Assembly (NCBI GenBank): GCA_002269645.1
Contig: NIVC01002790.1
Span: 1-64,000, forward strand
Direction: 5' to 3'
From: Macrostomum lignano
Lineage: Eukaryota
Length of the DNA stretch: 64,000 nt
The position numbers and the translations under genes were made by a program. The notes beneath the pieces were generated by a model. That model saw nothing but the letters and a program-made list of their open reading frames with translations. It had not been told where the DNA came from and searched no databases. This document shows, piece by piece, positions 53,970 through 64,000 of the stretch (position 1 is its first letter; every line of letters starts with the position of its first letter).

Positions 53970-54672
53970 AGAAGATAGGGAGAAGATGGAGAAGATAAGG
54001 GAGAGGATGGGGAAGATAAGGGAGAGGATGGGGAAGATAAGGGAGAAGATGAGGAAGATAAAGGGAGAGGATGGGGAAGATAAGGGAGAGGATGGAGAAG
54101 ATAAGGGAGAGGATGGGGAAGATAAGGGAGAGGATGGGGAAGATAAGGGAGAGGATGGGGAAGATAAGGAAGAGGATGTGGAAGATAAGGGAGAGGATGG
54201 AGAAGATAAGGGAGAGGATGGGGAAGATAAGGGAGAGGATGGGGACGATAAGGGAGAGGATGGGGAAGATAAGGGAGAGGATGGGGGAAGATAAGGGAGA
54301 GGATGGGGAAGATAAGGGAGAGGATGGGGAAGATAAGGGAGAGGATAAGGAAGATAAGGGAGAGGATGGGAAAGATAAGGGAGAGGATGGGGAAGATAAG
54401 GGAGAGGATGGGGAAGATAAGGAAGAGGATGTGGAAGATAAGGGAGAGGATGGAGAAGATAAGGGAGAGGATGGGGAAGATAAGGGAGAGGATGGGGAAG
54501 ATAAGGGAGAGGATGGAGAAGATAAGGGAGAGGATGGGGAAGATAAGGGAGAGAATGGGGAAGATAAGGGAGAGGATGGGGAAGATGAGGGAGAGGATGG
54601 GGAAGATGAGGGAGAGGATGGGGAATACAAGGGAGAGGATGGGGAAGATAAGGGAGAGGATGGGGAGGATAA
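53970..54672. repeat. 21-bp purine-rich array GAGAGGATGGGGAAGATAAGG upstream of the MINDY ATG
   Basis: About 33 copies. Confidence 0.95.
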
Positions 54673-54880
54673 GGGAGTATTAAGGAGCAAATGAGAGTAG
54701 ACAGGGAAGATGAGAAAACATAGGAAAGAAAAGGCTATGAAGTAAATGTAAATATTCATATAAATGAAGTAAAGCCTATTTCGCAAATAACACATTGCAT
54801 GCTTACTTAACGGTGATTAAAATTGCCAAGGAGTCATAAAAAACAAAGTCTAAGCAACTTCATAGCAACCAGCTCTTATC

Positions 54881-57800
54881 ATGAGCGATCAACTGCAGCA
54901 AGATGAGCAGGAACAGGAACCGCAACAACAGCAGGAGAAGCTGGAGCTACAGAAGCAGTCTGAAGAGAGTATTACTGTAGAGCAAATAGAGCAGCCCAAA
55001 GATATCGCTGGTTCATCATCGGGGAGTAACTCTGCTCCAGTGGTAGCTGCTGAAAGGTACAGTCAATGTTGAAAAACGAATATAATAGTATAATTGGGTG
55101 TTCTCCTTAGCAACGGAATCAAGTATGGACGTACTCGTAGTTTTCGATTACCTTAGCAACGGATGCCTGCATCAGTGTCCTTTAACAACGGATGCTTGCA
55201 TCGGTATCCCTTAGCAACGGATGCCTGCATCGGTGTCCCTTAGCAACGGATGCTTGCATCGGTGTCCCTTAGCAACAGATGTTTTTATCAGTGTCCCTTA
55301 GTAATGGATGCTTGCATTGATGTCCCTTAGCAACGGATGTTTGCATCGGTGTCCCTTAGCAACTGATGTTTTTATCGGTATCCCTTAGCAACGGATACTT
55401 GCATCGGTGTGCCTTGCCAACGGATGTTTTTATCGGTATCCCTTAGCAACGCGATGCTTGCATCGGTATCCCTTAGCAACGGGTACTTGCATCGGTGTGC
55501 CTTACCAACGGATGTTTTTATCGGTGTCCCTTAGCAACTGATGTTTTTATCGGTATCCCTTAGCAACGCGATGCTTGCATCGGTATCCCTTAGCAACGGG
55601 TACTTGCATCGGTGTGCCTTACCAACGGATGTTTTTATCGGTATCCCTTAGCAACGCGATGCTTGCATCGGTATCCCTTAGCAACGGATGCCTGCATCGA
55701 TCTGCCTTAGCAACGGATGCTTGCATCGGTGTCCCTTAGCAACTGATGTTTTTATCGGTATCCCTTAGCAACGGGTACTTGCATCGGTGTGCCTTACCAA
55801 CAAATGTTTTTATCGGTATCCCTTAGCAACGCGATGCTTGCATCGGTATCCCTTAGCAACGGGTACTTGCATCGGTGTGCCTTACCAACGGATGTTTTTA
55901 TCGGTATCCCTTAGCAACGCGATGCTTGCATCGGTATCCCTTAGCAACGGATGCCTGCATCGGTCTGCCTTAGCCACGGATACTTGCATCGATGTCCCTT
56001 ACCAACGGATGTTTTTATCGGTATCCCTTAGCAACGGATGCTTCCATCGGTGTCCCTTTGCAACTTATGCTTGTATCGATGTCCTCTAGCAACAGGAAAT
56101 ATCTTCATTCTATTCACCCCTATCTAACACTAATAGCATGCCTTTTCTCTTTGCAACACTTGGTTAAAGCATTAAATTCGTCTCCTTGGCAACCAAAAAT
56201 AGTTAAAGCGTCTCGCCCTTTATTGAAAACAGAAGCACCAATGCCAGTTCCATTGACAGCGCCGGGACTGACTCCTCAGACATCTACCATGTCAAATGGA
56301 TTCGCCACGCTGGCAAGCAGCACCCGGTGGTGACACAGAACATCAACGGACCGTGTCCCCTGTTGGCCATCGCCAACATCCTCCTGCTAAGAGGGACTAT
56401 TAGCCTGCCATCCGGTTGCGATTATGTTGCCTCGCAAGATTTGATGCAGCGCCTTGGCGATGCCCTTCTCGACATTGTTACTAGGCAGCAACAGTCTAAT
56501 GCCGGGAATAAAGACGAGCAGAATAATTTGGAACAGCTGGTTGGCGACTCCTTGTCTCTATTCCCGAGACTTCAGACTGGACTGGATATTAATATCGGAT
56601 TCTCTGGGTGAGCTGGGGCTGGGGAGAGGCTAGATTAGAGGGTGGGATGGGGTAGATTAGAGGGTGGGAAGAGAGAAGATTAGAGGATGGGAAGAGGGTA
56701 GATTAGAGGGTGGGAAGAGAGTAGATTAGAGGGTGGGAAGAGAGTAGATTAGAGGGTGGGAAGAGAGTAGATTAGAGGGTGGGAAGAGAGTAGATTAGAG
56801 GGTGGGAAGAGAGTAGATTAGAGGGTGGGAAGAGAGTAGATTAGAGGGTGGGATGGGGTAGATTAGAGGGTGTGAAGAGAGTAGATTAGAGGATGGGAAG
56901 AGGGTAGATTAGAGGGTGGGAAGAGAGTAGATTAGAGGGTGGGAAGAGAGTAGATTAGAGGGTGGGAAGAGAGTAGATTAGAGGATGGGAAGAGGGTAGA
57001 TTAGAGGGTGGGAAGAGAGTAGATTAGAGGGTGGGAAGAGTAAAGAAGTGCGTGGAGTGTGGGCAAGAGGTTATTATGTCACATTTTATAATTTTAACAA
57101 ATTTACGGTTAATTTATTCTTTCAGCTACTCGAAATTTGAGTACACCCCCGAGTTGGACATATTCGACCGATTCAACATCGAGTTGGTTCACGGCTGGGT
57201 GCTGGATCCGCAGCAGTGCGATGTTGCTCAGTTTATCGAGCAGTTGACTTATAATCAGTTGGTTGAGAAGATCATCACGGCTAAGAATGGCGAAGATCAA
57301 GAATTGCTGGCTCAGGGTAAGAGGCAGAACATTTTACTCTTACGCTACATACGTGACAATTTTAAACTTCAATTATTTTTCACTTTTGTTTGCAGCAATT
57401 GCGGCTGAAGAATTCCTAAATTGCAGCTCCAATCAGCTGACTGTGTTCGGTTTATGGCAGTTAACCGAATCGTTGAAGGAGGGATCGCTGTGCGTGCTGT
57501 TCAGGAATAACCATTTCTCGACCTTGACTAAGCACCAGGTGACTAACTCTAACTCTGAAGATCATTTGGGCTTTCCACTGTCACAGATTCTCGAGGTTAT
57601 TTGGGTTTTCCACGACCATTCACTCTTAAATCTCAGGTTTAGTGATGGGTGCTTTCCGCTGCCACTGACTCTCAAGGTCATTGGGATTTCCGCTGTCACT
57701 GACTCTCAAGGTCATTAGGATTTCCGCTGCCACTAACTCTCAAGGTCATTGGGATTTCCGCTGTCACTGACTCTCAAGGTCATTGGGGTTTCCGCTGCCA

Positions 57801-58346
57801 CTGACTCTCAAGGTCATTGGGATTTCCGCTGCCACTGACTCAAGGTCATTGGGGTTTCCGCTGCCACTGACTCTCAAGATCATTGGGATTTCCGCTGCCA
57901 CTGACTCTCAAGGTCATCAGGCTTTTCGCTGCCACTGACTCTCAAGGTTATTGGACTTCCCGCAGTCACTGACTCTCAAGGTCATTCGGTTTTTTCCAGT
58001 GTCCCAAACGAGCTAACGTTCTAAATTAGCCATTGCCATTCCACTTTGAGCTGCCTTCGCTCGTTCGCCAAGTTAATATGCTCACAACCGCCCAATATCT
58101 ATGCAGGGCCAGCTATACCTGCTGGTGACCGACCAGGGCTACCTTCACCAGCCCGACGTTGTATGGGAAACTCTAAACAACATCGACAACGATAGCACTT
58201 TTATGAACGCCGATTTTCGCCGGTCGGACATCGAACCCTCGGCTGGCTATCCTGTGCATTCTCCCACTGGGGAGGCTATGGATCAGGTGGAGCAGGATAG
58301 ACAGCTGGCTCTGGCACTGCAGGGGCAGACTGGTGAGTTCAGTAGC

Positions 58347-58377
<31 letters not shown>

Positions 58378-58550
58378 ATAGTAGCAGTAGTAGTAGTAGT
58401 AGTATTAGTAATAGTAGCAGTAGTAGTAGTAGTAGTAATAGTAGCAGTAGTAGTAGTAGTAGTATTAGTAATAGTAGCAGTAGCATTAGTAGTATTAGTA
58501 ATAGTAGCAGTAGTAGTAGTAGTAGCATTAGTAGTATTAGTAATAGTAGC

Positions 58551-58581
<31 letters not shown>

Positions 58582-58703
58582 ATAGTAGCAGTAGTAGTAG
58601 TAGTAGCATTAGTAGTATTAGTAATAGTAGCAGTAGCATTAGTAGTATTAGTAATAGTAGCAGTAGTAGTAGTAGTAGCATTAGTAGTATTAGTAATAGT
58701 AGC

Positions 58704-58734
<31 letters not shown>

Positions 58735-58784
58735 AAAGTAGCAGTAGTAGTAGTAGTAGCATTAGTAGTATTAGTAATAGTAGC

Positions 58785-58815
<31 letters not shown>

Positions 58816-59116
58816 ATAGTAGCAGTAGTAGTAGTAGTAGCATTAGTAGTATTAGTAATAGTAGCAGTAGCATTAGTAGTATTAGTAATAGTAGCAGTAG
58901 TAGTAGTAGTAGCATTAGTAGTATTAGTAATAGTAGCAGTAGCGGCTACAGTCCGCAGAGAACGTTGCCTAGACATGCTAAAAAAGCCCGCAAAAATCGC
59001 CAAACCCCAACCCCAGCCGCAGCTCCAGCAGCCGGCGGTCAGTGTCCCTCAACTCAGACTGACGAGCAACTGGCCTTGCAGCTGCAACGCGAAGAGGAAC
59101 AGCAGTTTCAGCGCCA

Positions 59117-59160
<44 letters not shown>

Positions 59161-59276
59161 AGCAGCAGCCAAGGCGGCAGCAACAGCAGCCTAGGCAGCA
59201 GCCGCATTATCAGCATCATCAGTCTGCCAGACGGCCCTCTCCACCTGAAAATGACCGTTCTTGTGCCATACTCTGA
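54881..59276 (+). CDS. MINDY1: MINDY1/MINDY2 (FAM63)-family K48 deubiquitinase, about 456 aa
   Basis: join(54881..55056,56233..56607,57126..57316,57396..57538,58107..58332,59017..59276). Motifs YHVKWI, TQNINGPCPLLAIAN (catalytic Q and C), FEYTPE, HGWVLDPQ and FRNNHFST (catalytic H). Two MIU-like helices and a C-terminal CaaX (CAIL). Nearby in-frame alternative acceptors exist at 56260 and 59023/59029. The MINDY1 versus MINDY2 assignment is arbitrary. Confidence 0.92.
55105..56090. repeat. MINDY intron 1 minisatellite, 28-29-bp unit CCCTTAGCAACGGATGCTTGCATCGGTAT
   Basis: Directly visible, with alternating variants. Confidence 0.95.
56627..57040. repeat. MINDY intron 2 minisatellite, 23-bp unit GTAGATTAGAGGGTGGGAAGAGA
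   Basis: About 18 copies. Confidence 0.95.
57555..57985. repeat. MINDY intron 4 minisatellite, 34-bp unit CTGACTCTCAAGGTCATTGGGATTTCCGCTGCCA
   Basis: Directly visible. Confidence 0.92.
58340..58942. repeat. (AGT)n-based trinucleotide array with AGC/ATT/AAT variants, in the predicted MINDY intron 5
   Basis: Stop-free in the exon frame, where it reads as Ser/Ile/Asn. Confidence 0.95.
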
Positions 59277-59391
59277 AGCTTGAGCACTTTGTGATTTCTT
59301 CATAGTTTAAAAATTATTCTATTTTTATATACTAACAACACTTCTTTATTATTTATTGACTTGTCCGGCACTAAAAAACCTATTAGAAATG

Positions 59392-60450
59392 TTGACTGAC
59401 TGACTGACCTGTCAGAGATGCTGACTGACTGACTGACCTGTCAGAGATGCTGACTGACTGACTGACTGACTGACTGACTGACTGACTGACTGACTGACTG
59501 ACTGACTGACTTGACTGACTGACTTGAGTGAGTGGGTGACTGACTGACTGACTGACTGACTTGAGTGAGTGGGTGACTGACTGACTGACTGACTGACTTG
59601 AGTGAGTGGGTGACTGACTGACTGACTGACTGACTGACTGACTGACTGACTGACTGACTGACTGACTGACTGACTGACTGACTGACTGACTGACTGACTG
59701 ACTGACTGACTGACTGACTTGACTGACTGACTTGAGTGAGTGGGTGACTGACTGACTGACTGACTGACTGACTGACTTGAGTGAGTGGGTGACTGACTGA
59801 CTGACTGACTGACTTGAGTGAGTGGGTGACTGACTGACTGACTGACTGACTGACTGACTGACTGACTGACTGACTGACTGACTGACTGACTGACTGACTT
59901 GAGTGAGTGGGTGACTGACTGACTGACTGACTGACTTGAGTGAGTGGGTGACTGACTGACTGACTGACTGACTGACTGACTGACTGACTGACTGACTGAC
60001 TGACTGACTGACTGACTGACTGACTGACTGACTGACTGACTGACTGACTGACTGACTGACTGACTGACTGACTGACTGACTGACTGACTGACTGACTGAC
60101 TGACTGACTGACTGACTGACTGACTGACCTGTCAGAGATGCTGACTGACTGACTGACTGGCCTGTCAGAGATGCTGACTGACTGACTGACTGACTGACTG
60201 ACCTGTCAGAGATGCTGACTGACTGACTGACTGGCCTGTCAGAGATGCTGACTGACTGTCACTGACTGGCCTGTCAGAGATGCTGACTGACTGACTGACT
60301 GTCACTGACTGGCCTGTCAGAGATGCTGACAGACTGACTGACTGGTCTGTCAGAGATGCTGACTGACTGACTGACTGACTGACTGACCTGTCAGAGATGC
60401 TGACTGACTGACTGACTGACTGACTGACCTGTCAGAGATGCTGACAGACC
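59392..60450. repeat. (GACT)n microsatellite, ~1 kb, with recurrent interruptions TTGAGTGAGTGGGT and CCTGTCAGAGATGC
   Basis: Directly visible 3' of MINDY. Confidence 0.97.
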
Positions 60451-61653
60451 ACTGACAGTGTATTGTCAGTGATGGACAGTACTGAGTATATCCATATGCA
60501 TACTCTGTCGGTAACGGCTTCAAGTGTTGATAGCGGCACGATGCCTGATAAAAAATATTGCTATTTTGTGCTATTCCGAGGCCAATAAACAAATTAGTTG
60601 AGCAACCTTTAATTTGCACTTTATAGTATTGTTGTTTGTTTTAGATTTGCCTAGTTCTTTTTTGTTCAAAGAAAGCACGATTTCTCATATTAACAATGCG
60701 TCATAACTATATTATATATTATCAAATGTCTTTCCCAAACATATTTCTCTATAATGACCTTGTTATAAATATTATTAGTCTGTGGTTATTATGGCCCCCT
60801 TTTTCACAATTTGTACATTAATATATATTGATTCATATTTTGATTACTGTGTTGTTAAACCAGTTTTTCTTGTGCAGTATGTACGATAATTATTTGTTTT
60901 AGTCTTAACTCTGTTAATCTCCCCCCCCTCTGATCTTAAGGTTTGTTATTATTCCATTTTTCAATTTTACTGAAGGCTCTTCCAGTCGATTCATTTCTGT
61001 TGTTTGATATAATCTGCTAATTTTGCTCTACTGATTTCTTGTCTTTTTACCTGTGCTTTATGTTCAAATATTGCCCCTGGATTCTAGCCTCCCTCTCTCC
61101 TCTCCCTCTCCTTTTCTCCCTATCTCCCTCCCCGTCTCCCTCTCTCACTCCTCCCCCATTTCCCCTGTCTCCTCTCTTCCTCGTAATAGTTTCATATATA
61201 TATATGCTGTATGCGCTACTTATGCGGACACGAGTAGTATGATGTGGCGTTTTTTGACAATATTCTTATTTCTGCGCACAGTTAATTAATTCCTATTCTG
61301 CGAATTCTGAATTATCAAAAAAACTAATATATTGTACTGCGCGCAAGACGATTTAACTGACTGAATAGCGTTTGTTTATAAATTGGCTCATACTCGTAAT
61401 TATTGTTTTGGGCTTAAAGAAGCCGGCCAAAATTTAATGTTACATTCTTTGTTATCATCCAATATGTAAGCCAATAATTTATCAATTTTTTGCTTGAAAA
61501 TTTGAGCATAGACGCAAAAATAAAATACTGTTTGATGTGTTATTGTTAATCTCTCAACTTCACTGTACACGGATAGGAAGTCTTGTGGTCTATTTTCATG
61601 TATGTAGCACTGTGTCCCAAAACATCACTGAAGCTATTGAATTTTGTTATTTG

Positions 61654-61654
61654 C

Positions 61655-61687
<33 letters not shown>

Positions 61688-61694
61688 CTAAGGC

Positions 61695-61743
<49 letters not shown>

Positions 61744-61890
61744 CTAAGGCAGACAGACAGACAGACAGACAGACAGACACTAAAGCAGACAGACAGACAG
61801 ACAGACACTAAAGCAGACAGACAGACAGACAGACACTAAAGCAGACAGACAGACAGACAGACAGACACTAAAGCAGGCAGACAGACACTA
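61654..61890. repeat. (CAGA)n microsatellite with CACTAA(A/G)G interruptions
   Basis: Directly visible. Confidence 0.95.
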
Positions 61891-62881
61891 AGGCAAACAC
61901 TTAGACAAGGCGGATAACAAACAGACAGGCGTACAGACTCTGACAAATCTGTCAGAGAAGCCTCAAAACTAAAAAGTCAAAATGCAGCAATGCTAATAAA
62001 GCCAGAGTGGAGCAACTGTATACTGTATCGTATTTGTACATGTAAACTGATATAAATCTATGTGCGAATAAGTTAAAACTAGTGATGCAACCACGCGCTG
62101 GTCGCCGGAGATGGCAAGGGAAATTTTTCGAAAGTACCTCCGATCTCCGTGCACCTCCTGAGCAGAGCCGTCGAGACTGGGCCAGGTCTCTGACCAGGCC
62201 TGCTGACTCCCGCTCTGCTGCACCCCCTGCTGCCTCGGCTCCGTCTCCCACGCCGCCACGCATGCCTTTCCGGAGCCCCCTATCCCTCTCTGTACCTCAC
62301 CTGCTACCCTATTTCCCAGGCGTTCTACCCTATCTATCATGTACTTTTCCCGCTTCCCATCTTTTTGTCTCTTTTTGCACTGTTTTCCTTCGCTGTCCCC
62401 CTCTTCTGGTACCTACTGACAGTACTTTGTGCGCTCACCGTCTGCACCCCATCCCTTACTAAAACTCCCAAACGGTGACGCAAGTCTTGTGACCCCTCTT
62501 TCCCCTCGATGACTCATCGATGACTCATCACCCTCTCTTGCGCAACCTTTTCTCATGCCATTGTTCTCCTCCCCAAATTTCTCATGCGACACCCACCCCA
62601 TCTCCGCTTCTATTGTTCTCGTTTTTGATTCTTTTGTTCTCCTCTTCGCATCCATCATTGTCACATTTTCTCCTATGTTTACTTTTCTATTGTTCTCGGT
62701 TCTCCCCAATTATCCCCGATTTCAATTTCCTTTGTTCTCGACCCCAGCCCCATTGTTCTCAATGTTTGCTTGCGCAACACGTTCGCGACATCCCGCAGCG
62801 CCAATTATCCCCCACCCCACCTCCGGATTGCGCAATTTTCCCATTTCTCATGTTGCTATGCCGTTCTCATGCTTCTCATCA

Positions 62882-63257
62882 TGACTCATTCTGACGTCAT
62901 TTTGCCGGCAGCCGATCAGAGAGAGGGAGTCATGGAAACGACCTTTGGAGCGGCGGCTGGGAAGGCTATATAAGGAAGCGGTTTTCGGCATGGGAATCCT
63001 CAACTTTCGAGACTTCGGCTCTCCTCTGGTCCTTCTTTGGACTCGCTGTCAGACGTTGCTCTGACCCATTCGTCTATAGGACGAACCTCTGCCGGCCCGC
63101 GGTCTGTCACCGCCCAGCCTCTTCAGCATCGCCTGAACTACATCCGCGCCTCGTCGCTTCAGCGCACCGCCGCCTCACAGTCTGCCTGTCCGCAGCCAGC
63201 AGCCGCCCACGGTCACTCCATCGCTCTCTCTCTCTCTCTCTCTCCGTGCAGCCGCCG
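62882..63257 (+). promoter_or_regulatory. Putative TATA promoter and non-coding first exon of a unit extending beyond the window
   Basis: TGACTCA at 62882, TGACGTCA at 62892..62899, TATATAA at 62967..62973 and a GTGAGT donor at 63258. Confidence 0.35.
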
Positions 63258-64000
63258 GTGAGTTCCTGTTACTAATTTGTGCTCTAATTGCCTTTGCTTA
63301 TCCGGGGTTTGCTTATTTCCCATTGCTTGATTAGAGGGCTGAGCCAATTGTGATACCGTATCTTTTGCTGTATTTTATTCAATAGTGAAGCCGCCTAATT
63401 GCCTGATTACTTTGCCTAAGGGCCTAATCGTTAACTATTACTAAACTCCTCATTATTCACTCTTTCACCATCATTTCATTCATGGCTTGCTGAGCCTTCT
63501 CCCTGGGTGGCAAAGCATAAGGAAGTTTGTGTAAGCTAATGGCCTCTCCCCGTGCAAAGCCCGCCTGTGTGTGCGTGCTGCGGGTCCTTAGAGGGAATTA
63601 GCGGGTCTTGGCACAGAATGGCACTAGGAAGGTTGCAACCCCATGCTGACGCGTCCCTTCGCCCTGAGCAATCTAAACTATAGACAGTACATGTTCATCT
63701 CATACTACTCTTAGTAATCGAAGTCGCAAGTCAGCCTCGCTCACAGCCACAAAGGATCCCCTGCTGAGAAATCCTCCAGATTGAGCCCAGAGTTCCCAAT
63801 CATGCCCCAAGCAGAGTCCCTGTACTCGGCTGCATGTTTCTCCCCTGTTAGCCTAATTCCCCTGGTAACCAATCCAGGCGGGGCTCTAGCCTCGAGAGGT
63901 CTGGTACTAAGATCCAGGTGCGCCAGGTCACACAGAGTGGTGGCAGCCACTCGGTCATGCTGTGACCAATTATTGCACCTTGGCTACAGGTGGGGTCCAT

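Noticed and set aside
53968-54795. GEDGEDK / MGKIRER / SSPSSPL repeat proteins
   Set aside because: Translations of a 21-bp array, open in most frames, with no unique coding sequence.
63741-63950. Minus-strand 69-aa ORF at the window end
   Set aside because: Short, has an in-frame stop upstream, and shows no recognisable motif.

Overview
Metazoan nuclear DNA, not prokaryotic. The GC-rich exons, poly-Q/poly-A tracts and repeat-filled introns resemble a Macrostomum-like flatworm (inference only). Three complete co-oriented + strand genes were reconstructed by hand from GT-AG junctions: HEATR5B (16 exons, 2073 aa), a CCPG1/PBXIP1-like single-pass membrane protein (4 exons, 717 aa) and a MINDY1/2 deubiquitinase (6 exons, about 456 aa). 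The 5' part of a possible SPT2-like gene lies on the - strand at the window start. The first 16 kb is a transposon graveyard: a decayed hAT, a MULE-like composite holding a full-length mariner, an orphan ORF and a Ty3/gypsy pol fragment, and a piggyBac fragment. HEATR5B introns also hold a MITE, a 3.1-kb inverted-repeat element and a young 4.8-kb Ty3/gypsy LTR element. The main unexplained structure is that 20 of the 21 introns longer than 100 nt are filled by a tandem array, nearly always private to that intron. Many array units carry textbook transcription-factor motifs (ETS, YY1, RFX, NF-Y, nuclear receptor, GATA). Most ORFs in the supplied track are translations of these repeats and are not genes.
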